Source: Nanobdellota archaeon (GTDB lineage: Archaea > Nanobdellota > Nanobdellia > Pacearchaeales > GW2011-AR1). Taken from it: a stretch of 64,000 bases of DNA. Where the stretch lies: positions 2,205-66,204 of the forward strand of contig JANLHN010000007.1 of NCBI GenBank assembly GCA_024654505.1. Direction: 5' to 3'. The position numbers and the translations under genes were made by a program. Position 1 is the stretch's first letter. Each line of letters opens with the position of its first letter. This document shows positions 1-10,314 of this stretch, in pieces. The notes under the pieces are model-generated. The model saw nothing but the letters and a program-made list of their open reading frames with translations. It did not search any database and was not told where the DNA came from.

Positions 1-240
1 TTATGAGGGGATGAGAAATTGAATAAAATAGGGGTGTTTGGACAGCGAAACAATAATTAAGCTGTTATTATTAAAATTTTGTTGTCCAAACAGGTGTTTA
101 GAGATTATTGGGGGATTTTAGGAGTCTTTTAATTTTATCGACGAGAATTGCCCTGTTTATGTTTTGGACGGGGGGAGATTTTTATTGTTTTTTGGGGAGG
201 ATTTTAGGGTGGGTGAGTGTTTAGAAGAGATTTTAAGAAA
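1..240. promoter_or_regulatory. Repeat-rich region upstream of the 243..908 HTH gene
   Basis: TGTTTGGACA at 35-44 has its exact reverse complement TGTCCAAACA at 83-92. GTGTTTAGA occurs at 94-102 and 217-225. The 12-mer GTTGTCCAAACA (81-92) recurs inside the gene at 527-538. Confidence 0.35.
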
Positions 241-242
241 TA

Positions 243-908
243 ATGCGAAAGATTTATATATCTTCTTTCTTAGGAGTGTTTAATATGTTTAATTTTTTTT
301 GGAAAAAGAAGAATGTTGAGAAGTTAAGAGATGAGGTGAGAGATTCTTTTAGTCATGTTAAAAAAGATTTTGGGAAAGTTGGTGAATGGATAAGACATAT
401 CGACGATAAACACAACACCCATAAAGAGGAGATTCAGACTATAAAAGAGGCCATTCTTTCGCTACAAGGAGATTTAATTGAGATAAAAGATTTTATTTCT
501 TTCTTTGGACCCCAGTTGTCTAAGGGGTTGTCCAAACAAACACCAACAAGTGTGGTTAAACAGATGTCTGGGGGTGGTGTTCAAACGGTTGTGCAAACGG
601 CTGTTCAAACAGGTATTTTAGACAATTTAACTGTTATGGAGAGGGCAATTGTCTGGGCCTTATTAAATTCTGAAATGAGGTTAAGTTATGAGGATCTTGC
701 AGCATTACTTGGAAAGGATAAAAGTACAATTAGGGGCCAGATAAATGCTATAAAACAGAAAAGTGGGGGTCTAATTGAAGAAGTGAGAGAAGCTACAGGA
801 AAGAAAAGGCTCTACATTCCTGAAGAAGTACGTTCAGAAGTGATAAAAAGTGTAAAAGTGAAGGTTAAGGGGCCAAAAAAGGAGAAAAATAGGAAAAGTG
901 AGAGTTAA
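243..908 (+). CDS. Coiled-coil protein with C-terminal winged-helix/HTH-like domain
   Basis: ATG ORF of 221 aa. Coiled-coil-like N-terminus (EEIQTIKEAILSLQGDLIEIKD), a VQT-repeat linker and a C-terminal segment LTVMERAIVWALL..LSYEDLAALLGKDKSTIRGQINAIKQK typical of a wHTH. Same architecture as 1072..1716. Confidence 0.6.
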   Translation: MRKIYISSFLGVFNMFNFFWKKKNVEKLRDEVRDSFSHVKKDFGKVGEWIRHIDDKHNTHKEEIQTIKEAILSLQGDLIEIKDFISFFGPQLSKGLSKQTPTSVVKQMSGGGVQTVVQTAVQTGILDNLTVMERAIVWALLNSEMRLSYEDLAALLGKDKSTIRGQINAIKQKSGGLIEEVREATGKKRLYIPEEVRSEVIKSVKVKVKGPKKEKNRKSES

Positions 909-1071
909 GAGGAGTCCAAATAAGTAAATGGGTGGGAGAAAAGTGAGAAAAATCAGAAGGGGAGATATGAGATAGAAAGAGATTTAGAGGAAATGTGAGT
1001 GAAAGAGAGAATTTTTATAAAAAGTGAGTGAAGGGTTATTCGGTTAACCGAGTAAGGAGCATATTTATAGA

Positions 1072-1716
<645 letters not shown>

Positions 1717-1773
1717 ATTTTCTTAGGGGTCAAAGAGTTTATAATAATGTTTGTTTTGGAAGATATAGGTTGG

Positions 1774-2043
1774 CTATTGGTGTTTACTATATGCTTTGTG
1801 GGCTTGATTTGAAATCCTCCACCTAGACCTTTTTGAGTAAATTATGCCTGTAGGACTTTTAGTAATCCTTTTTACTAAGTCTTTTGATTCTAGATCTAAG
1901 AGGATTTTTTTTATAAACTCTTCATCTCTAGCTAATTCAGTGGCTATGTTTGAAGTGAATATTTGTTTGGGAAAAATTGAAAAAAGGTGGAATAATATCT
2001 GTTCAGATATTTTCTCTCTTTTTTGTTTAGAAATTGGTGGCAT
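1774..2043 (-). CDS. Small winged-helix DNA-binding protein (putative transcription regulator)
   Basis: ATG ORF of 89 aa. IFTSNIATELARDEEFIKKILLDLESKDLVKRI resembles an HTH plus wing. Confidence 0.5.
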   Translation of the reverse strand: MPPISKQKREKISEQILFHLFSIFPKQIFTSNIATELARDEEFIKKILLDLESKDLVKRITKSPTGIIYSKRSRWRISNQAHKAYSKHQ

Positions 2044-2079
2044 CTTAATTTATTAAATTATTGGTATTATTAAAATCTA

Positions 2080-2160
2080 CGCCCACACCCCGAATCGAAC
2101 GGGGATGCCCCGAAGAGCGCAGGGTTCGAGCCTGCTGCAATACCATTATGCTATGTGGGC
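2080..2160 (-). tRNA. tRNA-Ser (anticodon CGA)
   Basis: Hand fold of the minus strand. Acceptor GCCCACA/TGTGGGC, anticodon arm GCAGG-CTCGAAC-CCTGC, long variable arm GCTC-TTCG-GGGC, T arm CCCCG-TTCGATT-CGGGG, discriminator G. No encoded CCA. Confidence 0.85.
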
Positions 2161-2212
2161 AAGGAATTTAATGATGTATTTTTAGAATTCTTGAAGTATA
2201 TAAAACTCTTGA

Positions 2213-2611
2213 TTATTCTTTTATATCAAAAGAAGGGAGTCTTATATGGATTGGAAGGCCGAGTTCTTCTTCGATTTCTATGGCCCTAACCGAGGCTCTT
2301 TGGAATATAGAGTTCATTAAAATAATTTGTTCTTTAGATTCTACTTTCTGGGAGTTGATATTTTTTTGTATGTCTTTTAGGGTTTTTTGGTCTGAGGATA
2401 TAAAAAGAAGACCTTCAATACTCACGTTACCCAAACCCCCATAATTTATTCCAAAGCCATACTTTACTTTTAGTGTGTCTTTTGCCTCTTTTATTTTTTC
2501 TACAGAGATTATATGAATATTTGTTTTAATTTCTAATTTACCATCAAAATCTTCTACTCTTTCTCCATTTACTTTTGTTATCCTCGACCCCATTAATTTT
2601 AATTCTGCCAT
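2213..2611 (-). CDS. Hypothetical protein
   Basis: The tracked ORF starts at a TTG (2653). The first ATG (MAELKLMGSR) is at 2611. No recognisable motif. Lies directly downstream of the PRC-barrel gene. Confidence 0.45.
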   Translation of the reverse strand: MAELKLMGSRITKVNGERVEDFDGKLEIKTNIHIISVEKIKEAKDTLKVKYGFGINYGGLGNVSIEGLLFISSDQKTLKDIQKNINSQKVESKEQIILMNSIFQRASVRAIEIEEELGLPIHIRLPSFDIKE

Positions 2612-2649
2612 ATTATGATTTAAAGAAAGGAGTTTATAAATATTTGTAA

Positions 2650-2904
2650 TCAAATCAGATCTTCTTCCGAAACAACTATAAAATCACCAACGGCGATTAC
2701 TGCATTGTGAGGTATTAGGGCCTCTTTATCTTTTGTCCTTTCTAATGATAAATTTGCTGTGTAAGTTGTTAAATCTTTTAAAATAATATGAATTAACTCT
2801 CCTGTCCTTGCTTCAAAGGTAATGTCTTTTACAATACCTAATTTTTTACCTTCTTTTGTTACAACTTGTTTATTTAGTAATGCTTTAAAGGGTTTTTTCT
2901 CCAT
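2650..2904 (-). CDS. PRC-barrel domain protein
   Basis: 84 aa. The pattern LLNKQVVTKEGKKLGIVKDITFEARTGELIHIIL ... IPHNAVIAVGDFIVV is typical of small archaeal PRC-barrel proteins. Confidence 0.7.
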   Translation of the reverse strand: MEKKPFKALLNKQVVTKEGKKLGIVKDITFEARTGELIHIILKDLTTYTANLSLERTKDKEALIPHNAVIAVGDFIVVSEEDLI

Positions 2905-3044
2905 GAAGGAATTAGATTAAAATTCTTTATAAATCTTTCTTTTAGATTTTTATTAAATGATAGTAGTAATTAAGTATAAAATAAGATCGTTTGTCAAATT
3001 TACAATTATTAATTTTTTGATGATAGGGATTGTACGAACTTTTA

Positions 3045-3290
3045 TAATACATTCCCCTGACCCTATCATTTCTATTGGAAAGTTTTTTAAATGTATTGAA
3101 AGATTCTGTTTTTAATTTTTTTAATTTTTTATTTATAAATATTTATATATTATTATATATATTATATATTATATATATAATAATATATACTTTATATTAT
3201 ATATATTCAAATATAGTTATTTAAACAAGATAATAAACAAAGTATTATTGTTAATAACTTATTTCCTTTGGAGGAGAAATGAGGGGGTAG
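3045..3290. other. Candidate replication origin (oriC): inverted ORB-like boxes flanking an AT-rich unwinding element
   Basis: ORB-like box 1 on the minus strand at 3052-3083 (ACTTTCCAATAGAAATGATAGGGTCAGGGGAAT). ORB-like box 2 on the plus strand at 3262-3288 (TTTCCTTTGGAGGAGAAATGAGGGGGT). Both have TTTCC..GAAATGA..GGGG, with the G-strings pointing away from a nearly pure A/T tract at about 3100-3240. orc1/cdc6 starts at 3471. Confidence 0.55.
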
Positions 3291-3470
3291 GTCCTTTTTG
3301 ATGAATAATTTCTTTTTCGACGGCAAAGAGAAATTTTATAGAGAAATAGTATTACAATCAAAAAAAGGAGTTCTACAAGAAATAGAGGTAAGGAAAGTGA
3401 TATTTCTAGTATATGAAACTTTAAATAGTCTATTGTTTAATTTTGTTTATGGTTTTGGAAGAGGTGGGTT

Positions 3471-4685
3471 ATGAGTGTTGAATTAGGAGATATTTTTAAT
3501 TCTGCAGTAAATAATAGCCTTTTTGAAAACAAAAGTGTGCTCCAAGTTCGTTATACCCCTGAATCCATACCTCACCGGGATGAACAGATAAAGATGCTTG
3601 CAGGAATATTAGCATCTTCATTAAGGGGGGAGAGGCCAAGTAATCTTTTTGTTTATGGAAAAACAGGTACTGGGAAGACTCTTTCTGTTCAATACGTTCA
3701 AAATGAGCTTTCTAAGAAGGCAGAAGAGTTAGATGTGGATGTTAGGTTTGAATATTTAAATTGCAAATTAAAAAAGGTGGCAGATACGGAATATAGGATC
3801 TTAGCTGCTCTAATTACCCAATTAGGTGGAAGTGTTCCATCTACAGGTCTTCCCACAGACCAGGTATGGGCAAGGTTTTTGGAATTAATAGATAATAAAA
3901 AACAATTAATAATCTTTATTTTTGATGAAATAGACCAGGCCATTAAAAAAATATCAGATAATTTTCTTTATTCTTTAACAAGAATCAATCAAGAACTTAA
4001 TTTAGCTCAAATTTCTATAATTGGTATCTCTAATGATGTAACTTTTTTAGAAAATATAGACCCTAGAGTTAGATCCTCTTTAGGAGAAGAAGAATTTGTT
4101 TTCCCTCCTTATAATGCCTTACAATTAAGAGACATCCTAAACAATAGATGTAAAGATGCGTTTAAAAAAGAGGTAATTTCTGAGGGCGTTATTGAAAAAT
4201 GTGCTGCTTATGCCGCTAGAGAACATGGAGATGCTAGAAGGGCATTAGATTTGTTAAGGATTGCGGCAGAACTTTCGGAAAGGGACGGAAAAAGTAAAGT
4301 TTCAGAAGAATATATTGATTTAGCCAATTTAAAAATGGAAAGGGATAAGATTTTAGATATAGTAGAAAGTGAACCCAAACAATTTCAATTGGTACTTTAT
4401 GCTATAATGAAATTAGATAAATCTGCAAAAGATGAAAATTCAAAGAAATTCTACACAGGAGATGTTTATAATAGCTATCAAGAGTTATGTATTAAGACAA
4501 AAACCGATGTATTAACTCAAAGAAGGATTTCAGATATTTTGGCGGAAATTGATATGTTAGGTCTTATTAATGCAAAAATAATTTCTAAAGGAAGACATGG
4601 AAGGACAAGAGAGATAAAATCTTCAATACCCTCAAGTTTATTTAAAAAAGTAGAGGCAATCTTATTAGATTCTCTCTGTCTTTAA
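3471..4685 (+). CDS. cdc6: Orc1/Cdc6 replication initiator
   Basis: 404 aa. Walker A GKTGTGKT, Walker B IFIFDEID, sensor region GDARRALDLLR and a C-terminal winged helix. Archaeal Orc1/Cdc6 length and layout. Confidence 0.95.
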   Translation: MSVELGDIFNSAVNNSLFENKSVLQVRYTPESIPHRDEQIKMLAGILASSLRGERPSNLFVYGKTGTGKTLSVQYVQNELSKKAEELDVDVRFEYLNCKLKKVADTEYRILAALITQLGGSVPSTGLPTDQVWARFLELIDNKKQLIIFIFDEIDQAIKKISDNFLYSLTRINQELNLAQISIIGISNDVTFLENIDPRVRSSLGEEEFVFPPYNALQLRDILNNRCKDAFKKEVISEGVIEKCAAYAAREHGDARRALDLLRIAAELSERDGKSKVSEEYIDLANLKMERDKILDIVESEPKQFQLVLYAIMKLDKSAKDENSKKFYTGDVYNSYQELCIKTKTDVLTQRRISDILAEIDMLGLINAKIISKGRHGRTREIKSSIPSSLFKKVEAILLDSLCL

Positions 4686-4717
4686 ATAAAACAACTTAAA
4701 ATATCCTAGAGATATCC

Positions 4718-4792
4718 CTGAGGACAATTCCCAAAATACCATGTGAAATGGTTCAATAGAGAATTGTTTTCGCACTGAGGACAATTCCCAAA
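4718..4792. repeat. Two exact 18-bp direct repeats (CTGAGGACAATTCCCAAA) between cdc6 and the PolD small-subunit gene
   Basis: Copies at 4718-4735 and 4775-4792, a 57-bp period. The second copy ends 28 nt before the ATG at 4821. Confidence 0.9.
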
Positions 4793-4820
4793 GGAATGTA
4801 GTTTCCTCAATTTTATCAAA

Positions 4821-6374
4821 ATGGCATCAAAAATAATGACTTTGTGTATGGGAAAGGGCTTTTTATTAGATAAAGAGATGTTAGATTTCCTTTCTGGCTT
4901 GACTGAAGAGGGTGTGGAAGATGTTATAGATGTTCTGGGAAACTTAAAACTTGGAGAAAGAGTCATTACTAAACGATTATTTATAGAAAATTTTGAAAAA
5001 ATTCGTAATTTTTTAATAGAACTTCATGGAGAAACGGAAATTAAGACTTTTTTTGAGGGATTAGGATATACAAAAGAAGATACCCAAGAAAAAGTCTCGG
5101 AAGAGGGGGCCCCCCTTAGGCCGGGAAAAGTAAAACTCATATCTTCTCCTGCATTTCCCCAAAAAAAAATAGAAGTTAGAGATTTTGTTGACCATTTTAG
5201 GTCTAGATATGAGTATATGAGAGATGTTTTGAGCTCCGCAGATGTTGAAAATCTTAGTTCTATAAGAAAAATTGGTTCTGAAAGAGGAAGTTATACTATA
5301 ATTGCTATGGTCGTAGAAAAAAGAATAACAAAAAACAAAAATCTTTTTATAAAAGTAGAGGATTTGTCGGGGAATATTATGGTTTTAATAAACCAGAACA
5401 AGAAAGAGGTTTTTGAAAAGGCAAAAGACTTATTATTAGATGATATTGTCTCTTTTAATGTAACTGGGACAAAAGAAATGTTGTTTGCGAATGATATAAT
5501 TTTCCCAGAAGTGATTTTAGCAGAAAAAAAGTATAGTTCTTTTGATGAATGTGCTGTTTTTTCCTCTGATTTTCATGTTGGTTCCGCAAAATTTTTAGAA
5601 AAGAACCTTTTAAAATTCATAAGGTGGCTGAATGGGGTAGAAGGTGACAATTTACAAAGGGAATTGGCTAAAAAGGTGAGATATCTTTTTTTAGTGGGAG
5701 ATAATGTAGATGGTATTAGTGTATTCCCCGGCCAGGAAAAAGAACTTAAGATTCTAGATCTAAACAAACAATATGAAAAATTGGTAGAATTACTAAGATT
5801 AATCAGAAAAGACATTAAAATTATCATTTGTCCTGGGCAACACGACGCAGTTTGGATAGGTGAGCCTCAACCAATAATTGGAGAGGATTGGGCCCCAGGC
5901 CTTTATAGTATGGAAAATGTAACTCTTGTTCCCAATCCTGCATGGGTAGAGATTGATGGAAATTTTAAAGTTTTGATGTATCATGGGGCGAGTATGCATG
6001 GAATAATAGAAGAAATTCCAGAACTTAGATTAAAATATGGACATGACAGCCCTACAATGGTTGTTAAAGAAATGTTAAAAAGGAGACATTTAGCCCCTAT
6101 GCATGGATTATGTGATTATATCCCTTGCAAAAAAGACCCTCTTTTAATATTTCCAATTCCAGATATTATTGCTACAGGAGACCAACATAGGAGTGAGGTG
6201 GCAGTTCATAATAATATTCTTTTAATTGCCTCTTCTTGCTGGCAAGAAAAGACGGCTTTTGAAGAAAAAGTTGGAAATAATCCAGAACCATGTAAGGTAC
6301 CAATTCTTAATTTAAAAACTAGGGAGATTAAAATATTAGACTTTTCTGATGATGTTAAAGGGGGAGGGGAATAA
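4821..6374 (+). CDS. dp1: DNA polymerase II (PolD) small subunit DP1
   Basis: 517 aa. OB-fold region followed by calcineurin-like phosphoesterase motifs (SDFHVGS, GDNVDG, PGQHD, GDQH). Followed immediately by DP2. Confidence 0.9.
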   Translation: MASKIMTLCMGKGFLLDKEMLDFLSGLTEEGVEDVIDVLGNLKLGERVITKRLFIENFEKIRNFLIELHGETEIKTFFEGLGYTKEDTQEKVSEEGAPLRPGKVKLISSPAFPQKKIEVRDFVDHFRSRYEYMRDVLSSADVENLSSIRKIGSERGSYTIIAMVVEKRITKNKNLFIKVEDLSGNIMVLINQNKKEVFEKAKDLLLDDIVSFNVTGTKEMLFANDIIFPEVILAEKKYSSFDECAVFSSDFHVGSAKFLEKNLLKFIRWLNGVEGDNLQRELAKKVRYLFLVGDNVDGISVFPGQEKELKILDLNKQYEKLVELLRLIRKDIKIIICPGQHDAVWIGEPQPIIGEDWAPGLYSMENVTLVPNPAWVEIDGNFKVLMYHGASMHGIIEEIPELRLKYGHDSPTMVVKEMLKRRHLAPMHGLCDYIPCKKDPLLIFPIPDIIATGDQHRSEVAVHNNILLIASSCWQEKTAFEEKVGNNPEPCKVPILNLKTREIKILDFSDDVKGGGE

Positions 6375-6375
6375 A

Positions 6376-9300
6376 ATGGATAATAGGTTAAATGTTGAAG
6401 ACACAGAGAAATATTTTGAAGAGCTAGGCAACAGGGTGAAAGAGGAATACATTATTGCTAATGGGGCGAGGTCGAAAGGGTTAGACCCTGTTAATCGTGT
6501 TGAAATTCCCTTAGCAATGACTATGGCAGAAAAGTCTGTAGGGTTAATAACCACCATTTACCCAGACCTTCCTGTAGAGTCAATTACTGAGCGTATGCTT
6601 CAATTAGAAAAAGAATATGGTCAATTAGATACTTCTGTTAGTTTTTTTATTGCGAAGGAAATTGCGGAAGAGAAGTTTTGTAAATTTAAAGATCAATTAG
6701 AGGCAATTGATGCCGGTCTTAGGGTAGGTTTTGCATATATTACTTTAGGGGTTGTGGCATCTCCAATAGAAGGATATACTGGCCTTGAGCTAGGGAATAC
6801 TAGGGATGGTAAAAAATATTTTATTGCAAGTTTTAGTGGACCTATACGGTCTGCAGGAACTACTGCAACCTGTGTGTTTTTAATGCTTCTTGATTTTTTA
6901 AGAGAACATTTTGGTTATGCAAAATATGATCCCGATGAAAGAGAAATAAAAAGATATGTAACTGAAAATAGAGATTATCATGAGAGAGTGACTAATCTTC
7001 AATATTTCCCTACAGAGGAAGAGATGACATTTTTAGCTAAAAATTTACCAATACAAATTTCTGGAGATCCTACAGAGAAATTTGAAGTTTCTAATTACAA
7101 AGATTTAGATAGAGTTTCTACAAATTTCATTAGGGGAGGTATGTGTCTTACTTTTAGTGAGGGGCTTGCACAAAAGGCACAAAAGGCAATGATGAGGTTA
7201 GAGTCCCCAAAAAAAGCGGGACTTAAATGCACTGGGTGGGATTGGCTTAAAGATTATATTGAGTTACATAAAAAGAGAGAAAAAGGAACAAAAGATGTTG
7301 TTGCAACTTATATCAAAGATTTGGTGGCGGGAAGACCTGTTTATGGTCACCCTGGTGCTGCCGGAGGATTTCGATTTAGATATGGGAGAAGTAGAGTTGC
7401 GGGTTTCTCTGCAGTTTCAATTCACCCAGCTACAATGGGAATCACAAATGGCTTTTTATCTCATGGAACTCAATTGAAAATTGAAAAGCCTACAAAGGGG
7501 TGTATTATAACTTCTTGTGATAAAATTGATGGACCTATAGTTAAATTGAGGAATGGATCTGTGAGAAGAATTTCAGATTTTGAAGAGTCAAAAAGAATTT
7601 ATAAAGATGTTGAAGAAATAATCTATTTAGGAGATATTCTCTTTCCCTTAGGAGATGTTATAGATAGAAATGCGGCATTACCTAAACCAGGTTATGTTGA
7701 AGAGTGGTGGGAGTTAGATGTGGATGAAAAAACAAGTGTTATTGGTGAAAAGAAAGATTTTGATTCTTTCAAATTAAGTTTGGAAAAGGCTGAGGAAATC
7801 AGTAAGAAATATTTTGTTCCTCTCCATCCAAAATATATATTCTATTGGAACCAAATATCTTCAGAGGCCTTTTTTGAATTAATGAACTGGATAAAAAAGG
7901 CAGTTTGGAAGGGAGGAGGGGAGGGAAAGTTAGTTTTTCCTTGGGAGAATTCTATTAGAGAAGAATTTGCCGCGGCAAAAAGGGCATTGGAAATTTTGGG
8001 AGTGGAACATCAAGTAGTCTTAGATAATATAGTTCTTGATAAAGACTCCAAACCTTTTTTAATAAATATAGGTATATATAATTTAGCTGATGGAGAAAGT
8101 CTAAAGAAAAAATCTATAGATATAATAGAAAAAGCCAAAGGTATAGAAAATGTCTTAGAAATTATAAACCTTCTTTCAAATTATAAAATAAAAGATAAGG
8201 CGGGTACATTTATCGGGACTAGGATGGGTCGTCCAGAAAAGGCCAAACTTCGTAAGTTGACTGGTAGTCCAAATGTTCTCTTTCCTGTTTCAGAACAGGG
8301 AGGGAGATTAAGAAGTGTCCAGGCAGCGGTAGAATTAGGATATATTCGGTCAGATTGGCCCCTTTTTCATTGTAATTGTGAGCCTGGAGGTTATGAAACT
8401 CTTTACCCGATTTGTGAAAAGTGTGGAGAAAAAACTATAAGAAAATATTATTGTAGAGAATGTAGAAAAGTGATGGACGCTGAATGTAAGGATCATGAAC
8501 GTAGTAGTCCTTCTTCTCGGAGGAATATTGATAGTAAACATTATTTTGAGAATGCTGCAGAAAAAATAGGGTATAAAAATTATGAAATTCCTCCTTTAAT
8601 TAAGGGTGTGAGGGGAACTAGTAGTGAGGGTCATGAGGTAGAACATTTAGCAAAGGGGATTTTGAGGGCCAAATATAATTTAGCAGTGAATAAAGATGGA
8701 ACTGTGAGATATGATGGAACTGAAATTCCCTTGACTCATTTTAAACCTTTTGAAATAAGAACAAGTTTAGAGAAATTAAAGGGTTTGGGTTATACAAAAG
8801 ATCTTTATGGAGAGCCCCTTCTAAGGGAAGATCAAATCTTAGAATTGAAGCCTCATGACATTGTACTTCCCTCTTGTTCCGTTACTACTGATGAAAAAGC
8901 CGATGATGTTTTTTTTAATCTAGCGAATTTTGTAGATGAGGAATTAGAAAAATTTTATGGTGTTAAAAGATATTACAATTTAAAGTCTAAAGAAGATTTG
9001 ATTGGACACCTTGTTGCTTGTATGGCTCCCCATAATTGTGCAGGTGTTATTGGGAGAATAATTGGATTTAGCGAATTACAAGGTCTTGTGGCTAGCCCTT
9101 ATATGCATGCAGCTATGAGGAGGGATTGTGATGGTGATGAGGCCGCAGTTATGTTATTGATGGATGTCTTAATTAATTTTTCTAGGAAATTTTTGCCTAG
9201 CCATCGCGGAGGAACTCAAGATGCCCCTTTAGTTTTAAATGCGAGAATCCGTGCAGGAGAGGTTGATGACCAGATTTTGTCTTTTGAGGTTTGTGACCAT

Positions 9301-9876
9301 TATCCTTTAGAAGTTTATCGTTTGGCTGAGCAAGGAAAGCACTCTTCTGAATGTAAAATTGAAACAGTATCAGATAGGTTAAAAGAAGGAAGGGACCCCT
9401 TTACATCTACAGGATTTACTCATGACTCTAGTGATTTCAATTTAGGTGTTCTGAATGGGGCTTATAAAATTTTACCTACTATGAGAGAAAAAGTTGAAGG
9501 GCAAATGGAGTTAGTGGGAAAGATTAGGGCAGTAGACACTGAAGATGTAGCAAGACTAATTATAGAGAGACATTTTATCAGAGATATAAGGGGAAATCTT
9601 AGAAAGTTTTCCCAACAGAGGTTCAGGTGTGTGAAGTGTAATGAGAAATTTAGAAGACCTCCCTTAATAGGAGTATGTACAAAATGTGGAGGAAAAATAA
9701 TATTTACAATTAGTGAGGGTTCAATTAAAAAATATTTAGATCCTGCAATGGTTTTGGCAGTGAACTATAATATTTCTGCATATACTAAACAGGGGATGGA
9801 ATTGACAAAAATCTATATTGAAAGTATATTTGGAAAAGAAAAAGATAAACAGGTTGAGTTAGAGAAGTGGTTTTAA
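6376..9876 (+). CDS. dp2: DNA polymerase II (PolD) large subunit DP2
   Basis: About 1166 aa from the ATG at 6376, which is preceded by GGGGAGGGG; the tracked ORF begins at 6349. Cys clusters (CEKCGE..CRECRK, CVKCNEKF..CTKCGG) and MRRDCDGDE. The length argues against an intein. Confidence 0.95.
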   Translation: MDNRLNVEDTEKYFEELGNRVKEEYIIANGARSKGLDPVNRVEIPLAMTMAEKSVGLITTIYPDLPVESITERMLQLEKEYGQLDTSVSFFIAKEIAEEKFCKFKDQLEAIDAGLRVGFAYITLGVVASPIEGYTGLELGNTRDGKKYFIASFSGPIRSAGTTATCVFLMLLDFLREHFGYAKYDPDEREIKRYVTENRDYHERVTNLQYFPTEEEMTFLAKNLPIQISGDPTEKFEVSNYKDLDRVSTNFIRGGMCLTFSEGLAQKAQKAMMRLESPKKAGLKCTGWDWLKDYIELHKKREKGTKDVVATYIKDLVAGRPVYGHPGAAGGFRFRYGRSRVAGFSAVSIHPATMGITNGFLSHGTQLKIEKPTKGCIITSCDKIDGPIVKLRNGSVRRISDFEESKRIYKDVEEIIYLGDILFPLGDVIDRNAALPKPGYVEEWWELDVDEKTSVIGEKKDFDSFKLSLEKAEEISKKYFVPLHPKYIFYWNQISSEAFFELMNWIKKAVWKGGGEGKLVFPWENSIREEFAAAKRALEILGVEHQVVLDNIVLDKDSKPFLINIGIYNLADGESLKKKSIDIIEKAKGIENVLEIINLLSNYKIKDKAGTFIGTRMGRPEKAKLRKLTGSPNVLFPVSEQGGRLRSVQAAVELGYIRSDWPLFHCNCEPGGYETLYPICEKCGEKTIRKYYCRECRKVMDAECKDHERSSPSSRRNIDSKHYFENAAEKIGYKNYEIPPLIKGVRGTSSEGHEVEHLAKGILRAKYNLAVNKDGTVRYDGTEIPLTHFKPFEIRTSLEKLKGLGYTKDLYGEPLLREDQILELKPHDIVLPSCSVTTDEKADDVFFNLANFVDEELEKFYGVKRYYNLKSKEDLIGHLVACMAPHNCAGVIGRIIGFSELQGLVASPYMHAAMRRDCDGDEAAVMLLMDVLINFSRKFLPSHRGGTQDAPLVLNARIRAGEVDDQILSFEVCDHYPLEVYRLAEQGKHSSECKIETVSDRLKEGRDPFTSTGFTHDSSDFNLGVLNGAYKILPTMREKVEGQMELVGKIRAVDTEDVARLIIERHFIRDIRGNLRKFSQQRFRCVKCNEKFRRPPLIGVCTKCGGKIIFTISEGSIKKYLDPAMVLAVNYNISAYTKQGMELTKIYIESIFGKEKDKQVELEKWF

Positions 9877-9990
9877 CTTTGTTAAAACCTCATGTTTTTC
9901 TCACATGCTCAAAAAGAAGTGGTTTTAAATTATTCCAAATTGACGGCTGTGCCATAATTAGAGTCTTTGATTCTTCTAATAGGACTCTGT

Positions 9991-10314
9991 TTACTTAAGT
10001 TTCACTGCGGTTCCGTAAGCAAGCATCTCAGCAGCACCTTGCATTATCATAGAAGTTGCGTATCTTATTCCAATGACTGCGTCGGCCTTTAGGGCGATTG
10101 CTTCGTTAACCATTCTGTTAAATGCTTCTTCTCTTGCTTGGGTTGTCATTTCAGTGTAAGATTTGATTTCTCCTCCAACAATATTCTTTAGTCCAGCCAT
10201 GATATCTCTTCCAACATGTCTCGCCCTGATGGTGTTTCCTTTAACTACTCCAAGGACTTGTATAACTTTTTTCCCTGCGATTTCTTCTGTGGTAGATGTA
10301 ATTATTTCTTTCAT
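9991..10314 (-). CDS. YbjQ/UPF0145 family protein
   Basis: 107 aa. GVVKGNTIRARHVGRDIMAGLKNIVGGEI..Y..M...AREEA..RM...A..LKADAVIGIRY matches the YbjQ family signature from memory. Confidence 0.85.
   Translation of the reverse strand: MKEIITSTTEEIAGKKVIQVLGVVKGNTIRARHVGRDIMAGLKNIVGGEIKSYTEMTTQAREEAFNRMVNEAIALKADAVIGIRYATSMIMQGAAEMLAYGTAVKLK

Noticed and set aside
3698-3943. Antisense ORFs inside well-supported genes (for example 3698..3943, 5573..5827, 5799..5999, 8350..8541, 13070..13465, 16212..16598, 18176..18502, 25666..26067, 51514..51885, 54349..55023)
   Set aside because: They lie entirely within strong, motif-bearing genes on the other strand. They have low-complexity composition typical of shadow frames in AT-rich DNA.
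4706-4966. Minus-strand 86-aa ORF spanning the cdc6-PolD spacer
   Set aside because: It overlaps the start of the DP1 gene and is made partly from the 18-bp direct repeats. No motif was found.
6376-9876. Inteins in PolD large subunit, RadA or Cdc6
   Set aside because: Protein lengths are normal for intein-free versions, and no intein block motifs were seen interrupting the catalytic regions.
9863-9928. 14-nt direct repeat AGAAGTGGTTTTAA (9863-9876 and 9915-9928) at and after the DP2 stop codon, plus a small AGAGTC/GACTCT hairpin at about 9960-9990
   Set aside because: It is short and lies in a convergent-gene spacer. It is most simply a small duplication or terminator region, with nothing further to support a function.
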